A stretch of 64,000 nt of DNA, taken from NCBI GenBank assembly GCA_951406725.2, contig OX597814.1, forward strand, positions 35,278,001 to 35,342,000, given 5' to 3'. Origin of the DNA: Octopus vulgaris (lineage: Eukaryota). The position numbers were made by a program, and so were the translations under genes. The notes under the pieces were generated by a model. That model made no database searches. It saw only the letters and a list, made by a program, of their open reading frames with translations, and had not been told where the DNA came from. Positions 13,051 to 27,850 of this stretch are shown piece after piece (positions within the stretch are counted from its first letter, which is position 1; every line of letters starts with the position of its first letter).

Positions 13051-14153
13051 AACAACTTAATTTGTTTCTGAGTTCGAATCTAGCCGAGCTTGACTTTGCC
13101 TTTCATCCATCCGGAGTCGATAAATTAAAATACCAGTCAGGTATTGAAGTCAACCAAATCGTCTAAATTTCTTCGTACAAATTTCTTCATGCAAATTTCG
13201 TGGCCGTGCTCTAAACAATTCTTTTCTGTAAATTAATGATTTCAAGAGCTCAGGAACAGAGTAAAAATGTTTGGACAACATATGTGGAAACCATATCCTA
13301 TCTTTGGCTATCATATTAATAGTGAACTACTTTTCTTTAAATTGTATCTGATTTTAAACATCATGAGGGAAATAAGTAAAGGCAAAAGAAATTTATGATT
13401 TATTTTCGAGATATTTTAATAGAGATCTATTAAACAGATTATTCATGATAAATGGAAATAAATTTGTCAGTCGTCGAATAAAATGAAATGAAATATGACT
13501 TATTATTTTACCACGTGTCATAAAATGTTTGCTTGCGTACAATTATTAAGGAGTGGCCATAATAAATAAACGTAAAATTTCTGCACATTTAAAGAAGGAG
13601 ATTGATGTTAGTGAAAATATTATATTATGCTTGATAATTATAAAGTGATGTAAGCACGACTATGAGAATATCATTGTCAAAGGAAATATTTTAACACTAG
13701 GGTGAGTAATGTCTTCAGCACTATTTGTGCCTAGTAATATATAAAATGATTATTCTCTTTATTGCCTGATGGATCGAACATGGCGAAAATATCTGTGCAG
13801 CGATGGAATGAATTATTAGATTCTAACAAATACCTAATAGCTACAAGATGTAAGTACTTTTTCTCCTGCATGACTGCCAGATCTGTGTGTGTCTGTGCTA
13901 GTGTCTGTGTATGTGAGTGTCTGTGCGTGCGCGAATGCGCGTAGTGTTTTGTAATCCATAATGAGTTACACTTAAGGTAGTATATTCGAGTTTCAAGGTC
14001 CTTAAGTGAGTTGGGGTGGGAGCAGAGCACATTTGTTCCCATCTCTCTAAGGGAAGCGTTCAAATTTCTACATACACCAACACGCATTTTTCTCTTTCCG
14101 TCTGTCGCTGCATGCACACACAAAGACACATATACATCTGCATATATATATAT

Positions 14154-14229
<76 letters not shown>

Positions 14230-16249
14230 ATATATATATATATAAATATATCTTTATGTATTTTTTTTGGGGGGGGTTGAGCTAGTCACTTCCGTGGAGC
14301 CACACGGTATTTAAGCAAATTACGACTTATATGTATGTGTATGCTTGTGTGTATGTTTGTGTGTCTGTGTGCGCGTGCGTGTGTATGTGTATACGCATAT
14401 ATACATATAGGGAATTCAATACTTATCTCACAACTAGAGTGAGTTTCATGCTACTCGGTCCTTCAGGTATTCAATAGAAATTACTTATGTCTTGGCTATT
14501 GCAGACAAGGTTTTGCTTATCATTGGCGGCAGGCGGCTTTTTTTATTGAATCTTATACCGGTTGGCAAAGGTACATATTAGTTCTTATCTATGTTTTTGG
14601 ATATAATCAAAGACAAACAAGACTAAATATTGTCAAAAAAAAGTGTCTGCCATTCTTCTCATGTCACGGAAATATTTGCTCAGATTAATAAAGAAAAATT
14701 TAAACATTGAATTCTGTTTCATAGCGTATATAGAGAGGTAAAAATATAGTTGTGTATTTAAAGGAGTCTGCTTCATAATTACATAGATCCGGATTTGACC
14801 CGATTATGCAACCTCTTGAGTGCCTTCAACTATATTCGCTGCTTGTATGTTCGATCCATAGGACAATGACAAAAGGAGTTCTGGCAGTTTAAACAAATAT
14901 ATTAACAAACGTTTAACTCGTTAATATTTACAATGACTATACCTGGCCCAAACATTCTATGTTTTATGCGATACATAGCCATATCTGGCCTCTCACACTT
15001 AAACTTCTATGTGATGTTAGAAAATAAACAATCACATCATTAAAATCTCAAAGCTACAAGATAATATATGATCATTTCAAAATAATGTAAATAAATGAGC
15101 TCTATATTTAACAGAATAATCTGAATGCTGAAGAGTTAAACTACTAGAGTTATTCATATTCGTATATTTTATCGTATTTTACAAAGATAACCTAGTACTA
15201 TGTTATATTGTATTTTTTTAGCCTTACCGTTTGTCAGTAAGATTAAATCAATGAATGGCAGCAACGGTTAGTAAAATAACAGTATTACTATTAACTGATA
15301 ATAATATTCAATAACACAAGGCTGCATTTAAGAATCTGTTATATTATGGATCACTATCTTCCAGTAAAGCAATCAAATAAACAATCATTAATTTATCATC
15401 TCCTTGTCTATGATAGCTGCATATGATTTTAATTGTACATTGTAGTTTCATAGTGTTGGGTGTTGTATTAGCCAAATAAACGTATTCAATAGTATTAGGC
15501 AGGGTGGAATGATATTTAATTATTCAAAACTCAGTCTCCGTAAATCTCATCAGAGTTTCTTGGACGCGAACGTCAAGAAGAAAGCATCATATTCTTTGTT
15601 GAGGCATGTTTTTATATTTATCTACCAACTGACTTCGATCAGATGACAATGAAGAAAGTTGGCGAGTCTTGTCGGTAACTCACAAAGTTAACTAGTATAA
15701 GTGTTACAGTGAACATACGTTTTTACAGTAATTTCTATTGATCAATAGATGCTTATATAGAAAGGAGAGGCATTTGTAACATCAGATAAACAGGATTGTG
15801 GTACATATCAATGCTTGTATTTTGTGCAATGAGGGTCTAATAGTCATTTCTTATAGTAGCCACGCACACACATACAGCTGAGCACACATACACCTACATA
15901 TGCACATACATAAAAATATACATAAGTTTAGTCCCAAACGTGCATGTGGGTATCATAAAATGTAACTGATAATCATAGAATACATACAGTATAAAATGTT
16001 AGCAAATGCCATTGTGTGGCCTTTCATCTCATACAACCTAAAATCCTTTTTCTTTTTATAGACGTTTTATAAACAATTCAACAAAGCAAAGAGGAATTTA
16101 GAAGATAAATTTGTTTACTCGAAGTGTTAAATTTGAAAGATTCACACGGATACAAAAAAGACAGGGAAGAGAGATGCGAAAAGAAAAGACAAGAAAGGAA
16201 AGAAAAAACGAAATGGGGTGGGATAAAACAGCGGAATATGGAAGGGGAG

Positions 16250-16505
16250 GGGGCAATAGGCCACATATCCTAGAACAAGTGGGGCAGCCATCCGCACTCC
16301 GTGGTTGTGACTGCGATGATGTTGCCTCGAAGAATGGCCAGTGATACCCGCTGCAGCAGCCACTCCACCTCTGGGACTCATTTCTCTGACGGCCCACCGC
16401 TATACCTATTTTGCGGAGGAAATAGATAGTGCGGGATCGATCCTAGAACATCTCACGTTGTGTGACTGACCGGCACAAACTGATAGCGGCCGGATACGCT
16501 CCTGT
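16250..16505 (-). mobile_element. GC-rich unclassified repeat, possibly a SINE or LINE UTR
   Basis: GC-rich island with a B-box-like ggatcgatccc on the minus strand; no second copy seen in the window. Confidence 0.3.
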
Positions 16506-16914
16506 ATCTATTGATTTTTCCCTCCTCCGCGTTACGGGCAGCATACCAGGGTTTGCAACAGATGCTGCAACTGTAAACACTTCTAAATTAGCAAACCCCA
16601 CTCTTGAATCGTAATGTTCAATTTTTGCCAGTAAACAGATCTAAGTCTACATCCATAGTTCATGTAGGTCAAACGTACTCATCCAAATAAATTCACAGCA
16701 CCTATAAATGTTATTTGGTTGAAAGCTGAGAAAGTTATAGAAAAAGTTAATACATTTTTTGGGGTTTTTAAAAAAAAAACTTGATCTTTATCATCTTCTT
16801 TTCACTTGTTTATCTTTGGTTTTGTTGTTGTTGGTGTTGTTCTTGTTCTTGTTCTTCCTTTTCTTTTATCATCACACCTAGTATTATCACCACCAGCACC
16901 ACTATCACCGCCAA

Positions 16915-16970
<56 letters not shown>

Positions 16971-17329
16971 ATTGTTATTCTCCTTCTTACTGATTCAACA
17001 CGTAGGCAAGCAAAAACATGGGGGAAAATGATAGGAACAGAAGAAGAGAAGAGAAAATGAACGGAAAGGTAAAAGACATAAAAAAAGAACACTAACAGAA
17101 ACAAGAAATCAGCAAGGCAAAGCGAAAACGACAAAACGCAAAATAAAGAAAAAACATGCATGGGGGAAATGAGTACTTCATCGCTAAGTTGCGATTTACA
17201 ACAATATAAAAACCAGCATCTCTCGTATAACTTTTGTTGCAGAGCACTTTCTGCAATATAGCGAAGCGTTTGAAGCATGAAGCAACACCCGATTAAGTTT
17301 TAAAGCCTGCACAGTTTGTTTCATCCAAA

Positions 17330-18790
17330 GAAGAGAAAACATTACGTGCAGAATGTTGTAGAAGGCGCCTATTTTAGAGAAAGCGAATTTAGCCTAGCAC
17401 CTTTAAAATCTGCTTTGGCTTCAAGAAACAGAAATGCGTTCTCACTAACAAGATTTTAGGAGAATTAGCATATAATATATTGAACTTCATAAAGAATTTG
17501 AGTATGAAATGATTACTTATATCTTCCAAGCACAATATCAAAGAATTCTGAAAATGCAAAATACATTTGTAACGTTTGATGCTGAAGGTATGAAGCAAAC
17601 AAACGCATATGCAAAAGCCTCCTCAGCACAACTAAAGAAAACAATATTTAAAAACTGAACTATTTGGAAAAACATTAGCAACGACACTGGACTAAAGATT
17701 TAAGCAATTAACACTCAACACACCCTGCCTAACCTCACTTGTGGAATGCAGGATCACAAATCAACATTACAGCGTCACCTTACCTGGAACTTATTAAAAC
17801 ACCACAATGACTGAAATCATCCTTCCTGCAGTATATTAACTTTCCAAAAACCAAAATGTATTTTTATAAAACTATCGTAAAGAATGAAAAACAACGAAGA
17901 ACAATAGCGAATATTCATAATATTCAAAGTAATGAACAATCGCTCATTAAACTATAGCTGGAAAATCTAATTAGCTTAATCAGCTTAATCTAAAATTTAC
18001 TGTAACAACTACCATCCTTTCAAAATTGCCAAAAAAATGCTACTCTACCTCTACAAAATGCTCAACCATTCACCTGCCATGATCGAGAGATTATTTACAA
18101 ATATAAGTCGACTTTATATTTCTCAGAAGAATCTGCGTTTAAAAATCATCTTTGAATTATAGTGATGCATAGAAATTAAGTGAGTTCTAGAAAATAAAAT
18201 CTATTATTCACCAAGCATTATAAACAATGCAGAAGTGAAATTCTTTATAACCGATCAAACTTTGCTAGATTTGTTTTTTTTTGTCACAAAAATAATTTTT
18301 CAATAACTACAGATACTACAAATGATTCAAAAGGTCCGAGGTTAAAGCTGCTTCGCAAACTTTGTCACACAAATAGTCAAAATCAGTGCTAAAAGCCTAT
18401 CCGACAGCAATACTCTAACCTGCTTCTGACGTAAAACTACATGAACCTCAGAGAGTGCTTAATCATCTCTCAATGTCTAAACAAGTTGATAGTTCACAAA
18501 GCAATTATATTCGTCTAAAACAATAAGCTAATTCCTATGTTGGCCTAATAGAAAGCCATTAAAAAGTCAGGTTCTACCAAAGAAATGCTCGTTCGGGAAC
18601 TTAAATGAGCAGGCAACAGCTTGTCTATGTAAATATGGTCACCAATAAAAGAAACAGAACACCGACTATAACATAAAATGGACTGCGCAAAAGCATGCAA
18701 CTAAAATAGAAATCGCATGCCATGACAGGTAGGGTCATATTGTTTCCAACCCAAAACTTATTGTTTCCAACCCGAAATCTGAACTAGTCA
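17330..18790 (+). pseudogene. Highly decayed I/Nimb-like LINE RT region
   Basis: Fragments FSLAPLKSAL, EVKF and RLKLLRKLCHTN resemble I-clade RT motifs; many stops. Confidence 0.4.
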
Positions 18791-18989
18791 CCAGGATGCA
18801 CGGATATAAATATCAATAGACAAACTTCAGCAGTGAAGAAAAGCTATCATAATGAATTACTGTTACGAACAGTTTTGCTCTAGTTACTGTTACCATCATT
18901 ACTGTTACTATTATTTTGATAGTATGAGCCCAACTGTAATAACACTCACCACCACCACCACCACAACTACCATGGGTAGTTCCCACGAG

Positions 18990-20660
18990 CACTATTGGTT
19001 TAAATTCTGCCATTTGGGGATTTCCTGGTATCTGATTTCCTGGTACCGTTTGCTATCATTCCTAGGACAGCAATGACAACTGGTATTGTTTTAGTCTTCA
19101 TGCTCCGCATTTTGCCAATTTCTATATTTTAAGATCTTTATACTTGCTCAGTTTTTGGTAGGTCTTGACAAATACATTTATGTCGATTGGGACAGTCATA
19201 TTAATGAGGAGGCATGAATTGTTTTCGGAAATCTTTCAATATAATATCTAACATATTCGCATCTACCTCTCTGACACTTTGAACGGTGAAGTTCCAGAGG
19301 AGTGAGATGTGGTCATTTTCAAGCACTAGAGTTTGTGTTCCCACCAGTTTTTATCATGGGACAGATCCAAGTTTTTGCAAATAACTCAGTGATATACTCT
19401 ATCATGCCTGTTGAGATATTTTGTAGGTACAAAAAGACTGCACATGGAGACAACATGATCGATGGTTTAATTTTGTTATGTTGGGTTACTACCCTTCTTT
19501 AATATGTTGTCCTGCTAGCTCCTTCTAGATAGACATTAATCATGGGCTGCTATGATAAACCCTTCTGTCTCTGATTTTAATCCAGAAGACACTAACTATT
19601 GATGGATAAGGGCTTTGTCAACATCAATATTATTAGCTCTCTTTGGGTATTTGCCATTAAGAGGTTTTTCTTGCCATTTATCAGTAAGAATATCTAAGGC
19701 AGCAAGTTTAGCACGGGTTTTCATACAATTATCTTTTACTGTGCTTGTTTCTAGTACGTACTATTCAAGGATTTGTTGTATTTGGAATTAATTTAGATAT
19801 TTCTTTATCTGTTTTGTTATTGAGTATGATGTTTTCTTGTTTTCGTGCTTTAAGACAAATTTTAACATCCAGTCATCAGAGTTTTTCAGGTAGGTGTTAA
19901 GTGCAATTGTAGCAATCTTCATTGTTAATTCTACTTGTAAAAATCCACGGCCACCATCTTTTCTTGGTAATTTTCGTATTTTTCTCTCAAGATTACAGAT
20001 TTCAATAATTGACCAGTTAATAATATTGAAACTAAGTCACGACCAGTATGGCTAAAGTAATGATCGATTCGATCCTGTTTCTTGCATTCAGATCTGTTTT
20101 GAGTATTGCCCTTGTCCTGCGATAACGTTCTTTTCTGACTCTTTCCCTCATCATTGAGTGTTTGATTCCATTATCTTCAAAGACCCCAGGAATTTGTAGC
20201 TCTCCGCTGGTTCTAACTCCTATATGAGTTGGTTGGTCAAGAATAACGTTAGATGTTTCTATAATTTTCCTTTGATAAGGTAGCTTTTGCACATCTATCG
20301 AGACCACATTGCACCCTGGATGTCACTACTGAATTGTTTAACTATTGCTAATAAGCTCTGTAGTTGTTGGTCATTTTTTGCAAAGAGCTTTAAACCATCC
20401 ATATAAAAGGGATTATTTATATTTTTATCAAACATTTCAGAGCCATATAGTATATATCGAGCAATTTTGAGAAAGATAACTTTGAGAAAGTCACCCTGGA
20501 AAATTTCACATGAAACTTTTACATCTCCAACATTGTTGAAAGTCAGAGTGGTTCTCCATGATCTCATACTTACAGACAAGATGTTTCGCAGAGTAGGTTC
20601 TATTTTATACATTTCCAGACATTTCTTACTCCACCTATGTGGTAGATTATCAAAGCCTTT
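18990..20660 (-). mobile_element. Decayed R4/Dong-like LINE
   Basis: ORFs 20295-20612 (IFQGDF, FYMDGLKLFAK) and 20032-20307 (LNARNRI..I); further along ETEGFIIAAHD and GGRG motifs; abuts (TAA)n at 20707-20853. Confidence 0.88.
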
Positions 20661-20706
20661 TTATAGGCTATCCGGTTTATCGACAAATTCTTGTGTGTTG
20701 TTGTAG

Positions 20707-20752
<46 letters not shown>

Positions 20753-20769
20753 CATTATTATCATTATTA

Positions 20770-20854
<85 letters not shown>

Positions 20855-21065
20855 GGTGGCGAGCTGGCTGAATCATTGGCACGCCTGGTGAAATGCTTAG
20901 TGATATTTCGTCCATCTTTGTCCTGAGTTCAAATTTCGCCGAGGTCGACTTTACCTTTCGTCGTTTCGAGGTCGATTAAATAAGTACCAGTTAAGCACTG
21001 GGATCGATTTAATTGACATACCTCCTCACTTGAAATTGTTGGCCTTGTGCCAAAATTTGAAATCA
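20855..21065 (+). mobile_element. SINE with family B head and alternative tail
   Basis: ggtggcgagctggctgaatc...gagttcaaatttcgccgaggtcgactt; tail ggccttgtgccaaaatttgaaa shared with the 6781-6953 copy. Confidence 0.8.
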
Positions 21066-21699
21066 TTATATTATTAATGTTTGCTTTTGTTGTTGTGGTT
21101 GTGGTGTTGGTGAAAGATTGAGGGAAGTATTAGATCATCTGAAATGTTCTTTACGGTATTTGTTTCGGCTCGTTAGATGATGTGTTCAACTCATGTCGAA
21201 ATCAACATGCTGTTTAATACGTTCAGACTTGATAGAGTAAAGTAAAGCACCAGTGACGTACTGGGTTCCAAGGTATCGACCAACCCTCACAGGTTAAGCA
21301 GATCAAACGTATTCACCTAGGAAGTATTCGCAGACTGCAAATACGACAGTTCAAGAGTATGTGCGTGCGGATGAGTAAAACACGACAAAAATGCATGCAT
21401 TTGTGTTTAAGGACTTAAAGGAAAACGATAATCAATTGTTAATTTCGCTGTGAGGGACTTCTATAAAGATAAATCAATCGTTCTTTATCACTAGACCAGT
21501 TCTAATTAAACAGCTCTATAATCTACAGCATTTCAACTATGAACAAGTCTTCTCTTTTATTCTTTTATATTTAGGACACATCTAGGCCAAATGGCTTTCC
21601 TATTTTTATACGGTTGGGTATGAATTCCTGAGACTTATCTACTATTTCTAAGAGTGATTTCATGGTTCACAACTGAATAAAGTGGTTGGGATGGTCGTG

Positions 21700-22290
21700 A
21701 TATTAGATAAGATTGAAAACAGAAACATCGATATAGGATGGGTAGTAGAGATGACCAATGGTGGGTTTGGGTAGTGTTTATATGATTCTCTTGCTGTTGT
21801 CAGAGAGTATCCATTTCTCATTACAAGTAATGATTTGATGCAAAAATGGTATTTTTCCAGTCGAGAAATCAATTAGGAGCACGCTTCGAGGAGTCTGTTC
21901 TTTTTTAAATCTCCTTCAGTTGATATGGAACAAACCTATCCATTTTCTTGACTTTTCCAATTTTTCTTACAGGTATCCAGAAATAGTTGTACGAGACGTT
22001 CGGAGTTCTGATGAAAGTTTTCGAACCTTTGTTCTCGGATTGTATTCAACCAAATCATTTAATCCATCATGTCGAATAACTGATTTTGGCCTACCCCTTG
22101 GTTTGTTTTCAAGGCTATCATCTCCTGAACAGAGCTTTGGAACCATTTCTGAACAGTTCTGATGTCAACAAAACCATTACCAAAGGCCGGCTTGATATTC
22201 CATAGAGCTTCTGCGGCAGAGTGACTTAGTTTGTACTCATACAAGAAAATTACTCAACATAGTTTGATTGTTATGATTTTCATAGGGTCT
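21700..22290 (-). pseudogene. Mariner (Tc1/mariner) transposase relic
   Basis: YEYKLSHSAAEALWNIKPAFG...IRTVQKWF HTH, then KIGKVKKMDRFVPYQL (WVPHEL-like) and IITCNEKWI (CDEKW-like) motifs across frames. Confidence 0.85.
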
Positions 22291-22699
22291 GTGGGTACGA
22301 ATGTTGTATCCTAATATTGTTGGGAAAGAAAAAGAGTCAAGAATAAATGCAAGGTATACATAATTGAGTTTTTAAATGACTGAAATAACAAGTAATTAAA
22401 AATGCGGCATTTCATGTGTAACAACCTAATGCTTAAGTGAAAAACAGATTCCAATAAATCTAGTTGTAGGTCTGAATCAAATGAAGTAACCCAATATAAC
22501 AAAATTATCGATTAAAAAAGTATATACTTGATGTGTGACATAATAGCCGAAACCTCTATTTAGCGAGAAACCTACAAAAATTTTATAAAGCCAGTCATTT
22601 GATTATTCTCAACCAATCAAATCCTATTCAAAAATTATGCTAGTTTGAGTCATGAACTCCCGATAAAGATAGGGCAAGCTTCAAACACTAGTCAGAAGC

Positions 22700-22843
22700 A
22701 AAACAACTACGACATAAGCCATGTCTTTCAGTTTCAAATTTTTGAAAATCAGTGTGAACTGTGAAACCGGTTATATCTTTGAATACAATAAAAAATATTT
22801 TAACTATTCTCAATGCATTATCAACTTCTATTTTTCTTATATA

Positions 22844-22905
<62 letters not shown>

Positions 22906-23110
22906 AACGTTAAAAAAACACAAACTGGGACAAGAACGTGAAACATTTAGAAGACGACAAAAAAACACACAGACGGAACTTTCGAAGCTCTCAGTCATCA
23001 GTCAAGAACCAGATCATCTTCGCAATTTCGGCTGATTAAACTTGAGATTGCTCCAATCTGGGCAGCCCACCAAGGGAAATCTAAGCCAATCGCATTAGAT
23101 TCCTTGGAAG

Positions 23111-23112
<2 letters not shown>
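22700..23112. mobile_element. Two PLE-type terminal fragments on either side of (TA)n, each with a degenerate hammerhead
   Basis: + strand TTGAAAA-tCAG..CTGt-GAAACCGGTT at about 22738-22776; minus strand CTGATGA...TTCGAAAG at about 22971-23005. Confidence 0.45.
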
Positions 23113-23149
<37 letters not shown>

Positions 23150-23771
23150 TAATAATGTAATATTAATAATGCGTTACAAAACAAAAGTTTCCCTCAGGTT
23201 TAACAAGCCAAAACATCAGGACTGGTTTGACCAGAAAATATATCCGCCTTCAGATACAGACATTTACTATTTGACTGTCCGAGTCTATGACTGAAGCAGT
23301 TTGCTGTTGCAATATCCTCCATATCAAATCAGTAAAAGTTTATTTTTTATTGAAGAGAAATTTGAAAAATAAAAATAACGTCATACACGTATTCATATAT
23401 CTTCAACATGTCACTGGAAATTGCTGATATTAATAATCTGTTGACTCATTTGCATGATGCGAGTTACAAAAACATCAAAAGTTTCCCTCGGGTTTATCAA
23501 ACCAAAACATCAGGACTGCTTTAACCAGAATAATCTTTAAATTACAGGAAAACTGAAAAGCCTCCATCGATTTCCTAGATATCAGTATTAAAGCAACTAC
23601 TTCTCAAGAGAAGTGTTATTGTACTAAACGATTATACATCCCTGTTGCAGCTATGTAGACTGTATTATCAGAAAGATAAATATCTTACCCATGGATGCAA
23701 TTGTTTCTGAATATACATTGTTGATCATTTTTCTGAATGTTCAGTTCCTTACTATTTGGGCGTCAACGATG

Positions 23772-23817
<46 letters not shown>

Positions 23818-25145
23818 TTAAACGACTTTGATTTATTCAGGTAAAACACAGTCACACAATCTCTAGCATAGATATTCTTGATCTCTTCCCTCTCTATCTC
23901 TCCTCATCTTTCTCCTTATCATTCGTAGATACATTTTAATAACGAGATATAGATGAGTCAATTTTCTTATTTGAACTTTCATATTCAAATAACAAGAAAA
24001 TAATTTCAGTATTTTTCCTTATCTTTATTTTGTTAAGAATTACTTTTTTTCTTCTATTTCTCTTACTTTTCTAACGTAAAGAGAAGAAGAAAAAAATCAC
24101 AGAGAGAGAGACCTAGAGAAGTGAAAGTAATTATCAGAAAATAAAATAAATTAGTAATTTCTAAGTAAAAGCAAATAGAAAAAAAAAACGTTTACGAAAG
24201 TTTATTGGCATCAAATCATGAATTCAGGCATTATCATGATTAAACCTCGAAGATCACTGACAAAGATAGAATAAGACTTGTCTTTTTATCTTTTTTATCT
24301 TAGTCCTCATCTTCCCTAGACAGTGAAAAGGTGATGAAATAGATCATAGATAGAGGATTTAAATGTTTTAAGTTGCCGTCCGTATTGCCAATGGAATGGT
24401 AGTAGTTGATTGTAAGTTGAGAGCAACCAATAGACTGAAAATCGATCTTTTGAGAATAAATTGATATATAGATAGATATATAGATTTATAGACAGACAAA
24501 TAGTTGTAAATTAGGTAGGTGAATTAGATGGGTAGATAGAGTGGTAAATAAACTGGTAGATAGATAAGTACTTAATTTAATTGTCTCAGTTATTAAATTA
24601 CAAAATAATAGCTTTAATGGGTGCATATATAACCTTCTATTGTATATAATTGATGGAAAATGCAAAGACCTCAAACCAAAGAGGTGATAGTTACACACCA
24701 ACACCGTGTTATTGAAATTAGTCAGGCGATCATAGTCTTAACTGTCTTCTGAAAGAAATGAGAGAGAGAGAGAGAGGATGACAGGAAACAATTGAGTATT
24801 GATCATAGAAATAAAAGTAGTTTGACAAAAAGAAGTATAAATATATAAAGTAAGAAAGAGAACAAAAGAAAGAAAGAAGGGACGAAAAGAACGAGCCCAT
24901 CATAACTTTCTGAAACTACATATGTGTAATTCTATTTTCCATTTTGCAAAACCGTTTTAGCCTGAAACGGTGATTGGTTTTCTTCCTCTACAGCGATGAT
25001 TGTACATACTTTATAGTTAACTCATCAGTAGCTAGCCTTATGTAGTATTTTTGAATTTATTGCTTACATTAAGGAAGCAGTTAAACAATTGTTTCTGAGA
25101 ACGTGTGTATGTGTGTCTATTAAGCCTCACAATGCTAGAGCCAGT

Positions 25146-25535
25146 TATTAGGAGCACTCCGTCGGTTACGACGATGAGGGTTCCGGTTGATCCGAATCAA
25201 CGGAACAGCCTGCTCGTGAAATTAACGTGTAAGTGGCTGAGCACTCCACAGACACGTGCACCCTTAACGTAGTTCTCGGGGATATTCAGCGGGACACAGA
25301 GAGTGACAAGGCCGGCCCCTTGAAATACAGGTACAACAGAAACAGGAAGTAAGAGTGAGAGAAAGGTGTGGTGAAAGAGTACAGCAGGGATCACCACCAT
25401 CCCCTGCCGGAGCCTGGTGGAGCTTTTAGGTGTTTTCGCTCAATAAACACTCACAACGCCCGGTCTGGGAATCGAAACCGCGATCCTATGACCACGAGTC
25501 CGCTGCCCTAACCACTGGGACATTGCGCCTCCACA
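25146..25535 (-). mobile_element. tRNA-derived SINE (family C), full length with TSD
   Basis: Head gtggaggcgcaatgtcccagtggttaggg...ggtttcgattccc (A/B boxes); TSD ctagagccagt at 25135-25145 and 25536-25546. Confidence 0.9.
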
Positions 25536-26689
25536 CTAGAGCCAGTATAACAATATCTAAAACAATATATGGTGTCTATTGACCTGCCAAGTATAGTAGC
25601 CAAATCTCCCTTAGATCACATTGTGTTGTGTTAGGAAAGGACACAGCGTAATGTAGTATGTGTAACAGTGTGTTTGAAAACGAAATATAGAGGACAAGAA
25701 TAGAATTATGTTTCCTAGATAAGGATTAATCTAGGACTAAACTACAACAATAAAATTTTAGGTATTTATATAGTTTATATATCTTAACGGTGTTAATTTT
25801 GGTCGTAAATCGATCTAAGAATAATTGAGATATTAAAATGTGTTTTGAAAGGAGTTATTGTGAAGCAGACTTGTGAAGCACTTTTGAATATTTTGTTTAA
25901 TTGTTGGACAGTTTCTAAATAGTCCACCGCCCGTAAGCTACATACAATTGAAATATACTACACAGAAATAAAATTGAAATATGAGAATATAAGTAGAAAT
26001 AGAATAAAATTTAATATATAGATATTATATGATGTAACGTTTATCACTGCTTAATAAATGATTTATCAAAGTATTCTGACAATTGACTAGAAATTTAAAC
26101 TCTAATTAATATTGAACAAATTTTATATATTATTAAATCTTTACTTACTTATTTTCTGTTAGATCTTACCACATGTGCACATACAGAAACGTATACACCT
26201 ACACATTTACACACATACGCATGCACACCGCACACATATACATGTACATTTACATAATGCATGCATACGAACATGCACACGCACAATATAAACGTACAAA
26301 GTTATTAGTACGCCTATGTGTGTGTGTGTGTGTGTGTGTGTACATATATCGCGATATATAAGGGTAAGATCCAAGGATATATATTCTATATATAGCTTGG
26401 GTGGGAATGCTGTGGTTGATTTTGTGACCACACTTAGTGACAAGGTATGTAACATTTCATGAAGTTCGGAGGATTACAGTGATGCAATAATACTTTCACT
26501 GTATCAAGAAATAGGCACATATTCAAGTTGATAAATTTCATGACACATCCCTATTTGTAATTGTTGGTGGTATATTCACCAGATTGGCTGAATTAGCTGC
26601 AGAAATACATGTTTCAAAACTTCAGTGCATATTTGGATATGGTAGAGACACCATATATATGAACTTTATGCCAGGCAGTGGCTGAGGAA

Positions 26690-27850
26690 GTGATAACGTA
26701 GAAAATCTTCTTAATCAAAGTTATGTTGATCTAACAAAAGTTTTTGACACTGTAATTAGAAATGTATTATGAAGAATCTTGGGAAAATTGGGGTACTCAC
26801 CATAGTTTCTTGATAAAATATATAGTTTGTCCAAAATATATTTTATAAAGAACAGCTTGAATTCTAACGATGCTCCTTCGGAACCATTCCATTGAACCAT
26901 GGCAGTAAATAGTAGGCTATACTTGTAAGACCTTTCTTCTCCGCATACCTTACAAGTTGTAATTACTTACGCATTTAACGACTGTGATCTAGAAATCTTT
27001 GTCAACTATCGTATAACTGATGATCGTTTTAAATTTAATCCAAAGAATTATTACTATTGTTCGCAATTTGTAGTATCCTGATGATTGGGATCTTAAGCAA
27101 GAGGTACAGAAAGAATGAGTCCATCATAACTTTCTGAAACTCTATACATGGATTTCTATTCTCACTTTTGCAAAAGAGTTTTAACCTGAAACGTTGATGA
27201 AATATGATACTAAGTGTGTAATGAACGTCTTCTCCAGTTCTTGTACTGCTTCTGGATTTAGAATTAGTCTGTAGAAAACTGTTTTGATGTTTACGCCTGA
27301 TCCATGAACGCTATATATAGATCAATATATAATTGCCCTAGAGACAAGACTTGATGTAGGCAATTCTTTTGTATATTTTAACAGCTCTGCCTTTAGGGAT
27401 TGATCATTTGATACCGATATCAATTCGAGGATTGAAAAAAGTTTGGTTTCGTTTGGATCACCGGAGAAACGAATTAGAAAACTGCCTACCATGATTTGTG
27501 TCTGTTATATTTTCATCATCATATGTCTAGGTTCTCCACTTGAAATATTGTATCGACTACACATCGAAATACCCAAAACATTTCATCAGAAGTGTCAAAA
27601 GCCTATGATAAACATCAAATGGAAATCTTTTATTCCTGATACAAAATGGAAGGCAAAGGTGGGCTAGTTCTTTATGAAGGTTCAATATATTAAGTACAAT
27701 ATAAAACGGAGTGTTCACGTCATCCGACTTGATGACTCCAGGTTTCCAAAGTATTTTATGGAGAATTAGTTCTAAGTCAACATCTCCCTACCCTCAAAAC
27801 AAAGTGCTATGCTATCATTAAAACAACCTTAAGTATTTGAACATCGGCAT
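26690..27850 (+). pseudogene. Decayed RTE-clade LINE RT
   Basis: YVDLTKVFDTVIR.VL.RILGKLG, YPDD, FSSSCTALGFRISL, FHQKCQKPMINIKW..IPDT. Confidence 0.8.

Noticed and set aside
22008-22026. CTGATGA...GAA hammerhead-like words here and at about 29863 and 51912
   Set aside because: They lie in mariner, Helitron and R4 sequence without the required stems.
23173-23530. Short direct duplications (about 65 bp at 23173/23463; 21 bp at 28710/29112; 23 bp tandem at 57791; 38 bp tandem near 6023)
   Set aside because: Two-copy local duplications without spacer arrays; the first encodes a KHQDWFD RTE remnant.
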